Positions 42,300-52,136 are shown, numbered from the stretch's first letter. The stretch: 64,000 nucleotides of DNA from Candidatus Aminicenantes bacterium (GCA_034679465.1 JAXDAV010000010.1:1963-65962); one strand, 5' to 3'. Notes: generated by a model not told the origin, from the sequence alone. Numbers and translations are program-made.

Positions 42300-43214
42300 C
42301 TACTTGGCGATCGGCTGAACGGTCTTGGAGTCCCGGGATGCCTTCCAGGCGACGCCCACGGCCTTCGGATCGCCGGCCGTCCGGATCGAGCCGGTGATCC
42401 GGTCGCCCGCGACCTGGCCCTCGTAGAGCGACGAGACCATCTTCCCGTCGACCTCCGACTCGAGCCGGAAGCTGAGAGCGTCCCCGACGAGCTTCACGTC
42501 GCCGATCGAAACGGGCCAGTCGCCCTCCTTGACCGTCGCGGTCACGACCTGGAACTCCTGCCCGGCCTCGAAGGTGTAATGCTTCTGGCCGGCGCCGCCG
42601 GGAACGTCCCACTCCCACCGTCCGGTCACGTTGGCCGGGACGACCCAGAAGTGGACGTCGCGCTCGTCGCCGAACGTCGATGCGACCACGGAGGTCTTGT
42701 CGGGCCGCCACTCCCCCATCTCGAAGCTGTGCGAGACGAGGCGCGTGCCCGGCCGGAGGTCGGCCAGCAGCTTGGGGCGGAGACGCAGGTTGACCGAGGT
42801 CAGGAGATACATGGTGATGACGGTCGCGTCCTTGAACTCCGCTTCGAAGAGGTCCTGCTGGATGAAGCGGACCTTGCCGGTGAGCCCGGCCTGGGCCGCG
42901 TTCTCCTTGCTCTCATCGATGCGGAGGGGATCGATGTCGATGCCGATGGCCTTGACCCCGAACTTCTTGGCCGCCGCGATGACGATCCGCCCGTCGCCGC
43001 AGCCGAGGTCGTAGAGGACGTCGCCGTCCTTGACGCCCGCCAGGCGGAGCATCTCGTCGACGACCTCGGGCGGGGTCGGAACGTAGGGGACATCGTAGCC
43101 CCTGAAAGGCTGCCAGACCGGGTCTTGGTAAAGGTCCTGGGCCGGGACGGGCAGCGGCGGCGATGCCGCCAGGACGGCCAGGGCCAGAACGACGGGAACC
43201 AGAGCTTTGTTCAT
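42300..43214 (-). CDS. class I SAM-dependent methyltransferase with N-terminal signal peptide and extra C-terminal beta domain
   Basis: Signal peptide MNKALVPVVLALAVLAASPPLPVPAQ. Motif I VLYDLGCGDGRIV. IDIDP acidic loop. Confidence 0.7.
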   Translation of the reverse strand: MNKALVPVVLALAVLAASPPLPVPAQDLYQDPVWQPFRGYDVPYVPTPPEVVDEMLRLAGVKDGDVLYDLGCGDGRIVIAAAKKFGVKAIGIDIDPLRIDESKENAAQAGLTGKVRFIQQDLFEAEFKDATVITMYLLTSVNLRLRPKLLADLRPGTRLVSHSFEMGEWRPDKTSVVASTFGDERDVHFWVVPANVTGRWEWDVPGGAGQKHYTFEAGQEFQVVTATVKEGDWPVSIGDVKLVGDALSFRLESEVDGKMVSSLYEGQVAGDRITGSIRTAGDPKAVGVAWKASRDSKTVQPIAK

Positions 43215-43285
43215 CGCGTCCCTCCTCGCTCAAGAGATGCGGCCATGATAGTCCCCGGGCGCGGAGGTGTCAATCCGGGCCGGGG

Positions 43286-43948
43286 TCAAGCCACGACCTG
43301 CCCGTCGAAGAGGCGGATCGTCCGCCCGGACCGGGCCGCGATGTGGTCGTTGTGGGTGACCATGACGATGGTCCGGCCGGCGCGCCAGAGGCCGGTCAGC
43401 AGGGCCATGATCTCCTCGCCGCTCTTCGAGTCGAGGTTGCCCGTGGGCTCGTCGGCGAGCAGGATGGGAGGATCGTTGGCCAGGGCCCGGGCCAGGGCGA
43501 TGCGCTGCTGCTGGCCGCCCGACAGCTCGGTGGGCCGGTGCTCGCGCCAGTCGTAGAGGCCCACGGCGTTGAGCAGCTCGGCGACCCGCTCGCGGCGCTT
43601 CTTCCCGTTCCGGCCGTCGAACAGCAGGGGCAGCTCCACGTTCTCCCAGGCCGTGGCGTAGGGCAGGAGGTTGAAGCTCTGGAAGACGAAGCCGATCTTG
43701 CGGTTGCGCACCGCGGCCAGCTCGTCGAAGGTCAGGCCGGCCACGTTGTCGCCGTCGAGCCGATAGCCGCCCGCCGTCGGGGTGTCCAGACAGCCGACGA
43801 TGTTCATCAGCGTCGATTTGCCCGATCCCGAAGGACCCATGACGGAGACGAACTCGCCCCGGCCGATCGTCAGGGTGACGCCCCGGAGGGCCTCCAGGGA
43901 CTGACTGCCCGTTCTGTAGACCTTGGTGATGCCTACGAGCTCGATCAT
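43286..43948 (-). CDS. ABC transporter ATP-binding protein (MacB/LolD type)
   Basis: 220 aa. Walker A GPSGSGKST. Signature LSGGQQQR. Walker B ILLADEP. Confidence 0.9.
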   Translation of the reverse strand: MIELVGITKVYRTGSQSLEALRGVTLTIGRGEFVSVMGPSGSGKSTLMNIVGCLDTPTAGGYRLDGDNVAGLTFDELAAVRNRKIGFVFQSFNLLPYATAWENVELPLLFDGRNGKKRRERVAELLNAVGLYDWREHRPTELSGGQQQRIALARALANDPPILLADEPTGNLDSKSGEEIMALLTGLWRAGRTIVMVTHNDHIAARSGRTIRLFDGQVVA

Positions 43949-43971
43949 GCTACCCTTCTATTCACAGCGCT

Positions 43972-45222
43972 CTATTCATAGCGCAGCGACTCGATCGGAT
44001 CGGCCTTCGAGGCCCGGAGGGCCGGGAAGATCCCGGCGAGAAAGCACAGGACCGACAGCACGGCCATATAGACGAGGAAGGTCGACAGCGAGAACTCCGG
44101 CCGCAGGAGATAGGCCTCGAGGCCGAACGAGTCGTAGTCGAGCGGGACCAGCCGGACGAGATGGACGACGTTGAAGGCCAGGAGGAAGCCCCAGAAGGTG
44201 CCTTGGGCGAAGACGAACAGGGTCTCGAGCAGGAACTGCCCGACGATCGTCCGCCGACGGGCCCCGAGGGCCAGCTTGATGCCGATCTCTTTGGTCCGCT
44301 CCTTGGCCGCCGCGTACATCAGATTGGTCACGCCGACGGCGCCGATGAGGAGCGTCAGGGCCCCCATGATCCCGAGGAAGGCCTCGATGCCCTTGAAGAC
44401 GGCCTCGCCCTGCCGGTAGTCCTCGATCGTGTTCCAGAAGCTCAGGGCGTAGCGGTCCGCCGGATCGAAGCGGTACTTGCGGCCGAGGAGGGTCTTGACC
44501 CGGTCCTCGATGAGCGACGACTGCGAGGCCTGGCGCGGCTGGATGTGGATCTGGTTGAGATGGCGCTGGTTGTCGATCTGCCGGAACGCCAGGAACGGCA
44601 GGTAGACCTGGTCGGCGTCCGGCCCCTGGTACATCGAATCCTGGATCTTCTTCTGGAGGACCCCGACCACGGTGAAGGGGACGCGGTTGATGACGATGGA
44701 CTTTCCGACGGGGTCTTCGGCCCCGAACAGGTCCGCGGCCACCTTCCAACCGATGAAGGCGACCTTCCGGCCCCCGCGGTCGTCCTCGGCGTTGAGGAAG
44801 CGGCCGCCCAGGCGCGGCACCTGGGTCCGCATGAAGGCGAAATCGGCCGTCGTGCCGTGGACCGTGCGATTGATCTCCTTGCCCCCGGCCGACACCGGCC
44901 ACGAGCTGTATGATTCGGGGGCGATGCGGAGGATCTCGGGGACGCGCGCCCGCAGGTCATCGACGTCCTCGGGATAGAGCCGGACGGCCCGGCCCTTGGG
45001 CAGGCCCTCGAAGTCCGCCGAGGTCTGCCCGCCGTAGACCATGATCAGCGTCTCGCCGAGGCCGCTGAAGGCGACGCGGGCCTGGGTGCTCAGGCCCCGG
45101 CCGAAAGCCATGAGCAGAAGGATCGAGAGCGTGCCCCAGAACAGGGCGAAGGTGATGAGCGAGGCCCGCCGGCGCCGCTTGCGGTACTCGCTCCAGAAGA
45201 AACGGGGCAGAGTCAGGTTCAC
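43972..45222 (-). CDS. ABC transporter permease (MacB_PCD + FtsX domains)
   Basis: 416 aa. N-terminal TM, a large periplasmic domain, then a C-terminal FtsX-like 3-TM bundle (KEIGIKLALGARRR). Confidence 0.85.
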   Translation of the reverse strand: MNLTLPRFFWSEYRKRRRRASLITFALFWGTLSILLLMAFGRGLSTQARVAFSGLGETLIMVYGGQTSADFEGLPKGRAVRLYPEDVDDLRARVPEILRIAPESYSSWPVSAGGKEINRTVHGTTADFAFMRTQVPRLGGRFLNAEDDRGGRKVAFIGWKVAADLFGAEDPVGKSIVINRVPFTVVGVLQKKIQDSMYQGPDADQVYLPFLAFRQIDNQRHLNQIHIQPRQASQSSLIEDRVKTLLGRKYRFDPADRYALSFWNTIEDYRQGEAVFKGIEAFLGIMGALTLLIGAVGVTNLMYAAAKERTKEIGIKLALGARRRTIVGQFLLETLFVFAQGTFWGFLLAFNVVHLVRLVPLDYDSFGLEAYLLRPEFSLSTFLVYMAVLSVLCFLAGIFPALRASKADPIESLRYE

Positions 45223-45234
45223 GGCCTCGCCCTC

Positions 45235-46485
45235 CTATTTCCTCAAGGCCTCGATGGGATCGGTCGAAGCGGCCGTTCGGGCCGGGATGAGGCCGGAGAT
45301 GACGCCGATCGCGAGCAGGACGAGGACGGTCGAGACGGCGACGAGGGGGTTGAGGACCGGGACGCCGACGAAGCCGGCGAAGCCCATGTCTCCGGTCGAG
45401 CCCCGGGTCAGGGCCTCGACCGTCGCCAGGACGCCGGCCGCGAGGCCGAAGCCGGCCAGGCCGCCGATGAGCATGATGGCCAGCGACTCGGTGAAGAACT
45501 GGAGGAGGATCGTCCGGCGGCGGGCCCCGACGGCCAGCTTGATCCCGATCTCGCGGGTCCGCTCCTCGACGACGACCCGCATGATCGAGGCCACGCCCAC
45601 GCCGCCGACCAGGAGCGTGAACGTTCCGATGACGCCGAGGAAGATGGTGAAGGCCAGGAAGAACGTCGTGAACTGCCGTTCGAATTCCATGGTGTCCCAG
45701 ACGCGCAGGGCGTCCGGGTCGGCCGGGTCGAAGCCGGCGAGCTGGGCCAGGTGGGCTTTGACGCCCTCCATGACCGCCTGGCTCCGGTCCCTGTCCAGGG
45801 GCCGGAAGATGATGTTGGAGACGTGCTTCGCGCCGTAGAGCGATGCGTACGTCGTCCAGGGGATGAAGGCGCAGCGCTCGTCGCGCTGGCCGTTGTAGTT
45901 GGACGACTGGAGCTTCGTCCGCATCACGCCGACGACCGTGAAGGGCACGCCGTCGATGAAGACGGTCCGGCCGACGGGCTCTTCCCCGGCGAAGAGGTCC
46001 GCGGCCAGGACGTCCCCGATGAAGCAGACCCGCTTGCGATCGGCCATGTCCTCGGGGTCGATGAACCGGCCCTTCCCGGGGATGGTGTTCCGCATGCGCT
46101 CGAACGAGGGATTGACGCCGCGGACGGTGTTCCGGAACTCCTTCCGGGCGTAGCGGATGAGCCGGCTGCCGACGAACTCGGGACTGAGGGCCTCGATGCG
46201 CGGGACCTTCTCCGGGATGGCCTCGGCCGCCTCCGGCGTGATCCGCACGGCCTTACCCCGGACGAAGCCCTGCCAGGGCAGGGTCGTCCGCGACGGAAAG
46301 ACGAGGACGATGCCGCTGCCCAGGCCGTGGAAGCGCTTGATCTGGGCCTTGGACACGGAGTCGCCGAAAGCCAGGAGGAGGGCGACCGAGAAGGTCCCCC
46401 AGACGACGCCGGAGAGGGTCAGGGCGGTCCGCAGGGGCTGGCGGACGAGATCCCGGAAGAGATTGCGGAAGAAGATGGCGATCAC
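45235..46485 (-). CDS. ABC transporter permease (MacB_PCD + FtsX domains), paralog
   Basis: 416 aa. Same architecture as its neighbour (REIGIKLAVGARRR). Confidence 0.85.
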   Translation of the reverse strand: MIAIFFRNLFRDLVRQPLRTALTLSGVVWGTFSVALLLAFGDSVSKAQIKRFHGLGSGIVLVFPSRTTLPWQGFVRGKAVRITPEAAEAIPEKVPRIEALSPEFVGSRLIRYARKEFRNTVRGVNPSFERMRNTIPGKGRFIDPEDMADRKRVCFIGDVLAADLFAGEEPVGRTVFIDGVPFTVVGVMRTKLQSSNYNGQRDERCAFIPWTTYASLYGAKHVSNIIFRPLDRDRSQAVMEGVKAHLAQLAGFDPADPDALRVWDTMEFERQFTTFFLAFTIFLGVIGTFTLLVGGVGVASIMRVVVEERTREIGIKLAVGARRRTILLQFFTESLAIMLIGGLAGFGLAAGVLATVEALTRGSTGDMGFAGFVGVPVLNPLVAVSTVLVLLAIGVISGLIPARTAASTDPIEALRK

Positions 46486-47561
46486 TTGATCTCGCGGGGC
46501 GGCCTCTCCACGACCATGTCCCCTTCTCTGAGCCCGTCCAGGATCTCGATGTTGAGGCCGTCGGACAGGCCGGTCCGGACCTCGACCTTTTTCGAGGCCT
46601 CTCCGTCGGGGACCTCGACGAACCTCTTGCCGTCCTCGAAGAGGAGGAGCCGCTCCGGGATGAGGACAACCTGCCGGCGCTCGCGGATCTGGATGCTGGC
46701 CGTGGCCGAGAACCCGGCCCGGAGGGTCGTTCCGGCGGCGGGGTCGATGAGGATGCGGATGTCGAAGAGGGTGGCGTTCCCCTCCTTCTTGGCCTTGGGG
46801 AAGATGCGGTCGACGCGGCCCGGGATCCTGGCGTCGGGCAGGGCGCCGATCTGGATCTCGGCCGCCATGCCGTCGGCGATCTTGCCGACGTCGATCTCGT
46901 CGACCGTGCCTTTGAACAGAAGGCTGGCCATGTCGGCCAGGGAGCAGAGCTCCGTGCCCGGCTGGAAGTTGGTCAGCGGAACGACCGGATCGCCCTGGAA
47001 GACGCTCTGGGACAGGATGATGCCGCTGATCGGCGAGTTGATCAGGGAGTTGATGTCCCTGTTGGACATGCGGATGCGGCCCTTCTCGAGCAGCTCGAGG
47101 CGCTCCGCGGAGGTCCGGTATCGCAGCTCGGCTTCCCGATAGGCCCCCTCGACGGCGTCCATTTCCGACTTGGAGACCAGGTTCGCCCTATAGAGCTCGA
47201 GCTGGCGGGTCCAATCGCCCTTGAGCTTCGCCATCGTCACCTCGGCCAGCTCCATGGACCGGCGGGCCTCGACGTACTCGAGAGGGGTCGGGTTGGGCGA
47301 GATCTTGAAGAGCGGGGCCCCCGCCTTGACCGTATCGCCGACCTTGAACAGGACCTCGGCGACGATCCCGGGGATGGTCGACTTGACCTTGATCTCCTGC
47401 TCCGGTTCGATCGTCCCGACGGCCAGGGCCTTTTCCCGGATGTCGCCGCGGGCGGCGGCGACGAGCTTGGTTTCCGCCTTCTTCCGCCCGCAGGCGAAGA
47501 GGAAATAGAAGAACGTCAGGAGTAGGACGAGGGCAACGCCGCGGAAGGCCCATTTTTTCAT
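46482..47561 (-). CDS. efflux periplasmic adaptor (HlyD/MacA family)
   Basis: 359 aa. N-terminal TM. Lipoyl/barrel-sandwich and coiled-coil hairpin pattern. Its stop overlaps the start of the downstream permease gene (4-nt overlap). Confidence 0.85.
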   Translation of the reverse strand: MKKWAFRGVALVLLLTFFYFLFACGRKKAETKLVAAARGDIREKALAVGTIEPEQEIKVKSTIPGIVAEVLFKVGDTVKAGAPLFKISPNPTPLEYVEARRSMELAEVTMAKLKGDWTRQLELYRANLVSKSEMDAVEGAYREAELRYRTSAERLELLEKGRIRMSNRDINSLINSPISGIILSQSVFQGDPVVPLTNFQPGTELCSLADMASLLFKGTVDEIDVGKIADGMAAEIQIGALPDARIPGRVDRIFPKAKKEGNATLFDIRILIDPAAGTTLRAGFSATASIQIRERRQVVLIPERLLLFEDGKRFVEVPDGEASKKVEVRTGLSDGLNIEILDGLREGDMVVERPPREIK

Positions 47562-47688
47562 GGTTCACCTCAGACTTCGACGCACGATCCGATAGACGAA
47601 GCCGCGGCCGGGAAGGTTCCCGCCCCCGGGCGGAAACCCGCCCGTCGGCCGGACGCCCGGCGGGGCGAAGCGATGCGTCCGGGAGGTC

Positions 47689-49146
47689 TCAGGGCGTTCG
47701 GTCGGCCTGGGTCAGGACGACCTCGACCCTGCGGTTCCGGGCCCGGTTGGCCTCGGTGTCGTTGGGCGCGACCGGGTTCTCCGGCCCGAAGCCCTGGTAC
47801 TTCATCCGGCCGGTCGAGATGCCCTGGGCCATCAGGAACTCGTAGACGGAGCGGGCCCGGTCCATGGACAGGCGCATGTTGAGGTCGGCCGATCCGGTCG
47901 AATCGGTGTAGCCCTCGATGCTCAGGTTCATCTTCGGGAAGACCGTGAGGATCCCGGCCAGCTTGGCCACGGTGATCTGGGAGGCCGGCTTGAGGGTGGC
48001 CTTGCCGACGTCGAAGAGGATGCCGGACAGGCTGACGATGACGCCGCGCGCGGACTCCGTCGTCTCCGCGACCGACGAGAGGGCCCCCTTCAACAGGCCG
48101 GCCAGTTCGTCGCGCTCCCTTTTGATCGCGTCGCGCTCGGCGGCCAGGGCGGCCGCCTGCGTGGCCAGCTCGTCGCGTTCCGCGGCCAGGCCGGAGGCCT
48201 GCTTGGCCAGGGCGGCCGTTTCGATGGCCAGGGCCTCGCGCTGGGTCCGGACCTCCCCGAGCTCGCGGGCGATGCGGTCCGCTTCGCTCTCGGCCGTGGC
48301 CGCGCGCTGTTCGAGCGCCGCTCTCTCGGCCAGGCGCTTGGCCTCGGCCTCGGCCGCCGCCTCAGCTTCCTTGGCCTTGATCGTGTCCTTGATCGCCTGG
48401 GAGGCGAGCTGGGCGGCGACGCGGGCCTGGTCGGCCATGACCTTCTTGTTGCCGGTCGAAGCCATGGCCTTGCCGTAGGCGATCCGGGCCCCGTCCATGG
48501 CCCTGGGGTTCACGGCGGCGGCGTCGAGCCGCGCGGCGATCTCCATGGCCTTCGCGGCCTGCTTGACGGCCGCGGGGGTGGGGTCGTTGTATTGGATGCC
48601 GGCGATCGACCCGATGGCCGGTTTGTAGTCCGTCGCGAAATCCTTGAAGAGGAAGGGCGTGTTGGCGATGTTCAATCCCCGGAATTCACCGGAGACGAAG
48701 ACGACCAGCTCGGTCGGCCTGGTGACGGTGGCGAACGGCTCGGCGGTCACCATCAGAGCGAGGGTCCTCTTGCCGGTGTACGCCTGGACGGATCCGGAGG
48801 CGCTCTTCTGGTCGGCGACGACCTCGCCCAGGTTCTCGACGGTGCCGTCGGGGGTGACGGCCCAGAGGACGTAGGCGGTGATATCGCCGGCGAAGAGGAC
48901 GGCGGGCTCCATCCTCCTATAGCGGGCCCTGATCGAAACCTGGCCCTGGTCAAAGCCGATCTCCGCGGTCATCGTGGCTCCGGAGGGGGCCCGGGCGCTC
49001 TTGACGAAGGGGACCTCGAAGGACCTGCCCGGCTGGAGCGTCAAGGCCGTCAGCTGGACCTCGGCCCCGGACAGGGCCGGCGGGACGGCGAGGACGGTCA
49101 GGGCGAGGACGGTCAGGGCGAGAGCGGCCAACAGGCGTTTGGACAT
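47689..49146 (-). CDS. OmpA-family protein with N-terminal beta domain and long Ala/Glu-rich coiled coil
   Basis: ATG 49146 (MSKRLLAALALTVLALTVLAVPPALSG signal peptide). C-terminal OmpA_C motifs GYTDSTGS..NMRLSMDRA..NRRVEVVL. The upstream 440 codons of the 929-aa track ORF cross a tRNA gene and are rejected. Confidence 0.85.
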   Translation of the reverse strand: MSKRLLAALALTVLALTVLAVPPALSGAEVQLTALTLQPGRSFEVPFVKSARAPSGATMTAEIGFDQGQVSIRARYRRMEPAVLFAGDITAYVLWAVTPDGTVENLGEVVADQKSASGSVQAYTGKRTLALMVTAEPFATVTRPTELVVFVSGEFRGLNIANTPFLFKDFATDYKPAIGSIAGIQYNDPTPAAVKQAAKAMEIAARLDAAAVNPRAMDGARIAYGKAMASTGNKKVMADQARVAAQLASQAIKDTIKAKEAEAAAEAEAKRLAERAALEQRAATAESEADRIARELGEVRTQREALAIETAALAKQASGLAAERDELATQAAALAAERDAIKRERDELAGLLKGALSSVAETTESARGVIVSLSGILFDVGKATLKPASQITVAKLAGILTVFPKMNLSIEGYTDSTGSADLNMRLSMDRARSVYEFLMAQGISTGRMKYQGFGPENPVAPNDTEANRARNRRVEVVLTQADRTP

Positions 49147-49278
49147 GGGACCTCCTTGGGAAGCGCGCATCACCGGTTTAGTCGTTTTGAGAAGAGGATA
49201 GCACCGGGCGGCAACCCGGTCAAATGTCGGCATTCTTGCCCGTGAAGCCGCCCCGTCCTTGACCCCTGAACGGGGCCG

Positions 49279-49620
49279 ATGATAGCATGGCCCCGAGAGG
49301 GCAGGACGGGCATGAACGTCAAGCGGCTTGTTGCCTCCGATTTTCCCGGCATCGACGCGGCCAAATTCGACGAATGGAAATCGCTCCGGATCAAGGCGGA
49401 CCGTGACGTCAACATCGCGGTTGCCGTCTGGTGCGCGGCGGGGGTCCTTTCGCCCCTCATCAAGCCCTCTGGGCTCGGGCTCGCCGCGTTGGCCGCCTTT
49501 GCGATCGCGGAAATCGGGCTCTACCGGGCGACGCACGGGCGCCTGAGGCGGCTCTCGAAGGAGCTGGGTATGCCCGACAGGCTGAAGGCCTTGGAGAGGG
49601 ACGAGGGCGCCGGCCGCTGA
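49279..49620 (+). CDS. hypothetical small membrane protein
   Basis: 113 aa (or start at ATG 49312). Two hydrophobic segments (IAVAVWCAAGVL, LGLAALAAFAIAEIGL). No recognisable motif. Confidence 0.3.
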   Translation: MIAWPREGRTGMNVKRLVASDFPGIDAAKFDEWKSLRIKADRDVNIAVAVWCAAGVLSPLIKPSGLGLAALAAFAIAEIGLYRATHGRLRRLSKELGMPDRLKALERDEGAGR

Positions 49621-49640
49621 ACGATAAGAGGACCAGGCAG

Positions 49641-49726
49641 TGCCGGTGGAGGGAATCGAACCCACACCCTGGTTGCCCAAGACGGGATTTTGAGTCCCGC
49701 GCGTCTGCCAGTTCCGCCACACCGGC
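49641..49726 (-). tRNA. tRNA-Leu (anticodon CAA), long variable arm
   Basis: Reverse complement GCCGGTGTGGCGGAACTGGCAGACGCGCGGGACTCAAAATCCCG...GGGTTCGATTCCCTCCACCGGCA. It has a 7-bp acceptor stem, anticodon stem CGGGA/TCCCG with loop CTCAAAA, and a T-loop TTCGATT. It closely parallels E. coli tRNA-Leu. CCA is not encoded. Confidence 0.9.
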
Positions 49727-49737
49727 ACGGAGCGATA

Positions 49738-49766
49738 ACTATAGGGGAAAAAGCGTCCCGATTCAA
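49738..49766 (-). promoter_or_regulatory. sigma70-like promoter of tRNA-Leu
   Basis: On the minus strand: TTGAAT (49761-49766), 17-nt spacer, TATAGT (49738-49743), 11 nt before the tRNA 5' end. Confidence 0.45.
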
Positions 49767-49854
49767 GAATGGGGAGGGCCTGTCGGGAGCCGACTGGGAA
49801 CCCGGGGGCATCCCGTCCTTTGCCCCGTCTCCGCGCGTCTGATATAGTTGCGGC

Positions 49855-50448
49855 ATGCCCACGCCGGAACGCATCGCCAGGGTCGAGCGCGTCCTCGCCC
49901 ATCGCCAGGCCGACCTGCGGGTGGTCCTGGAGGGCGTGACCATCGCCCACAACGCCAGCGCGGTCATCCGGACCTGCGACGCGGCCGGCGTCCTCTATCT
50001 CGATCTCGTCGCCCCCAACCCGGAGCTCCTGCGCTTCAACGAGGCCATCTCGACCCGGGCCGACAAGTGGCTGGAGATCGGCGTCCACCCGACCCCGGCA
50101 GCCTGTCTGGGGCCTTTGAGGAAGGCGGGCTTCGAGATCGTCGCCACGCACCTCCGGAAGGACACGGTCCCCTACACGGAGATCGACTTCGCCAGGCCCG
50201 TCGTCCTCGTCTTCGGCAGTGAGGGCGAGGGCATCACGGACGAGTGTCTCGCCTTCGCCGACAAGGCGGTCCGCATCCCCATGTTCGGGATGGTCCAGAG
50301 CCTGAACCTCTCGGTCTCGGTCGCGGTCATCCTCTACGAGGCCTTGAGGCAGAGGGCGGCCAAGGGCTATCCGGAAACGTCCCGGCTGCCCGCGACGGAG
50401 CTCGAACGGCTCAGGAAGGAATGGCTGAGGCTCGGGGAAGAGACCTGA
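49855..50448 (+). CDS. trmH: SpoU/TrmH-family RNA 2'-O-methyltransferase
   Basis: 197 aa. HNASAVIRTCDAAGV, VLVFGSEGEGI and PMFGMVQSLNLSVSVAVILYE (trefoil-knot motifs). Confidence 0.8.
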   Translation: MPTPERIARVERVLAHRQADLRVVLEGVTIAHNASAVIRTCDAAGVLYLDLVAPNPELLRFNEAISTRADKWLEIGVHPTPAACLGPLRKAGFEIVATHLRKDTVPYTEIDFARPVVLVFGSEGEGITDECLAFADKAVRIPMFGMVQSLNLSVSVAVILYEALRQRAAKGYPETSRLPATELERLRKEWLRLGEET

Positions 50449-50457
50449 GAGCGAGGG

Positions 50458-50494
50458 AAAAAAGAGAGGGACACGCACCGGAGGCGCGTGTCCC
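50458..50494 (-). terminator. rho-independent terminator downstream of the HtrA-like gene
   Basis: 9-bp stem GGGACACGC/GCGTGTCCC (50468-50476 / 50486-50494). On the minus strand it is followed by CTCTTTTTT (the A-run at 50458-50463 on the plus strand). Confidence 0.6.
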
Positions 50495-50520
50495 CAAAGA
50501 AAGAGACCGGAGCAGGCCTC

Positions 50521-52122
50521 TTAGATCCGCCTCTCGCCGCCCTTCAGGGCGAAGCCCTTTGTGATCGGCCGCGCCAGCGGGAATCCGTCGGAGCTCCAGG
50601 TCCGCAGCTCCTTCTGGAGGGCGTCGGCGTGGCCCCGCCAGGATTCGAGGAAGTCCTTCAGGCCGTCCGACTCGAACAGCCCTCCGCTCTCCTCCTCGGC
50701 CACCTCGACCTCGAAGGCCAGGGCCTTCCGGTCCCTCAGGACCTCGACCTTGACCTTGACCTTCTCCCCTTTGGGCTTGTCCTGGACCAGGTCGATGAGC
50801 GTGTTCACCGTCTCCGCGCGCTTTCCGTCGACGCGGACGATGATGTCGCCGACCCGGAGCTTGGCCTTCTCCGCCGGACCGCCCTCGGTCAGCCGGTTGA
50901 TGATCAGGGCCGCGCCTTCCTTGACCCCGAAGTGCTCGGCCAGCTCCCGGTTGAGCTCACTGCAGTAGACGCCGATGAACTTCCTCGATTCAAAGGCCCT
51001 TGAGGGGGTCCGGGGCGCGGCCATGCGGGCGCCGGGCTTCCGCGGCGTCGGCGGGGCCGGCGGGACCCGCTCGAAGAACCCGGGGAAGCGCAGGGTCATC
51101 TCTTTCATGGCCGCGTCCTCGGCCATCTCCCCCAGCTTGACCTTGATGTCCATGGGCTTGCCGTCCCGTTCGATCTTCAGGACGATCTCCTGGCCCGGCT
51201 TCCTCTTCCGGATCTCGGCGGCGAGGACATCGGGCCCGGCGACGTCCCGGTCCCCGGCCCTGAGGACGATGTCGCCTTCCCGGAGCTTGGCCAGCTCGGC
51301 CGGGCTCTCCTCGTCGATCGAGCGGATGACCGCCCGCCCGTCCTCATCTTCTCCGATGCTGACGCCCAGCCAGCCGCGCTCGACGCGGCCCTTCTCCTTG
51401 ATCGCCGCGACGACGTCCTTGACCACCTCGACCGGGACGGCCTGGGCCATCCCCGACGAAGGGGCCTCGGCCCGGCTGCCCACGACGACGCCGGAGCCGG
51501 ACTGCTCCCGGTCGCGGAACTGGAAGACGACCGGCCTCTCGTCCATGTAGATGCCCCTCAGCAACCCGACCATGCGCCCCTCGGCGTCGACGACAGGCCC
51601 GCCGCTCGCGCCGGGTGTCACCCAGACGTTCAGCCGGATCTTGTCCTCGGCGACGGAGCTGACGATGCCCTGGACCACGGCCGCGGTCCGCTCGGGCGAG
51701 ACGCCGACGACGCAGATCCACGAACCGGGGGCCAGGTCGGAGGCCTTGCCGAGGCTGAGGGCGGGCAGGCCCGCGTCCTTGGCCTTGAGCAGGGCCAGCT
51801 GGGTCTCGGTGTCGAAGCCGAGGAACTCCGCCTCGACCGTCTTCCCTTCGGACGTCGTGACGGAGATCTTCTCCTCCCGCGGCGAAACGAGGGCCGTCGT
51901 GACCACGTAGCCGCCTTTTTCGACGACGACCCCGGTGGCCACCCGCCGCAGGCCGTTCCGGACCTCGACCCGGACGACCGAGGGATAGACCTTCTTGGCG
52001 ACGGCGGCGATGCCGGCATCGCTTCCGCCCGCTTTGGCCGCCGCGTCGTCGGCCCCGAACGAAGGGGCCAGCAGCGCGAGCGAAGCCAGGATCACAAGGG
52101 CCGGTTTGATCATCTTGTTCAT
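50521..52122 (-). CDS. HtrA/DegP-family serine protease with two PDZ domains
   Basis: 533 aa. Signal peptide. Trypsin-like TPGASGGPVVDAEGRMVGL (active-site Ser). Two PDZ-like segments (LREGDIVLRAGDRDV; LRVGDIIVRVDGKRA). Confidence 0.85.
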   Translation of the reverse strand: MNKMIKPALVILASLALLAPSFGADDAAAKAGGSDAGIAAVAKKVYPSVVRVEVRNGLRRVATGVVVEKGGYVVTTALVSPREEKISVTTSEGKTVEAEFLGFDTETQLALLKAKDAGLPALSLGKASDLAPGSWICVVGVSPERTAAVVQGIVSSVAEDKIRLNVWVTPGASGGPVVDAEGRMVGLLRGIYMDERPVVFQFRDREQSGSGVVVGSRAEAPSSGMAQAVPVEVVKDVVAAIKEKGRVERGWLGVSIGEDEDGRAVIRSIDEESPAELAKLREGDIVLRAGDRDVAGPDVLAAEIRKRKPGQEIVLKIERDGKPMDIKVKLGEMAEDAAMKEMTLRFPGFFERVPPAPPTPRKPGARMAAPRTPSRAFESRKFIGVYCSELNRELAEHFGVKEGAALIINRLTEGGPAEKAKLRVGDIIVRVDGKRAETVNTLIDLVQDKPKGEKVKVKVEVLRDRKALAFEVEVAEEESGGLFESDGLKDFLESWRGHADALQKELRTWSSDGFPLARPITKGFALKGGERRI

Positions 52123-52136
52123 CCCTTTGTCCTCTC

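Noticed and set aside
47562-47688. Terminator or structured RNA between the OmpA-family gene and the adaptor gene
   Set aside because: Several GC-rich inverted repeats (CCGGACGC..GCGTCCGG, GGGCGG..CCGCCC) are present. They lack a U-tract, and in DNA this GC-rich they are not distinguishable from chance.
49147-50478. Upstream 440 codons of the 929-aa ORF containing the OmpA-family gene
   Set aside because: The extension runs antisense through tRNA-Leu and trmH. The OmpA-family protein has its own ATG and signal peptide at 49146.
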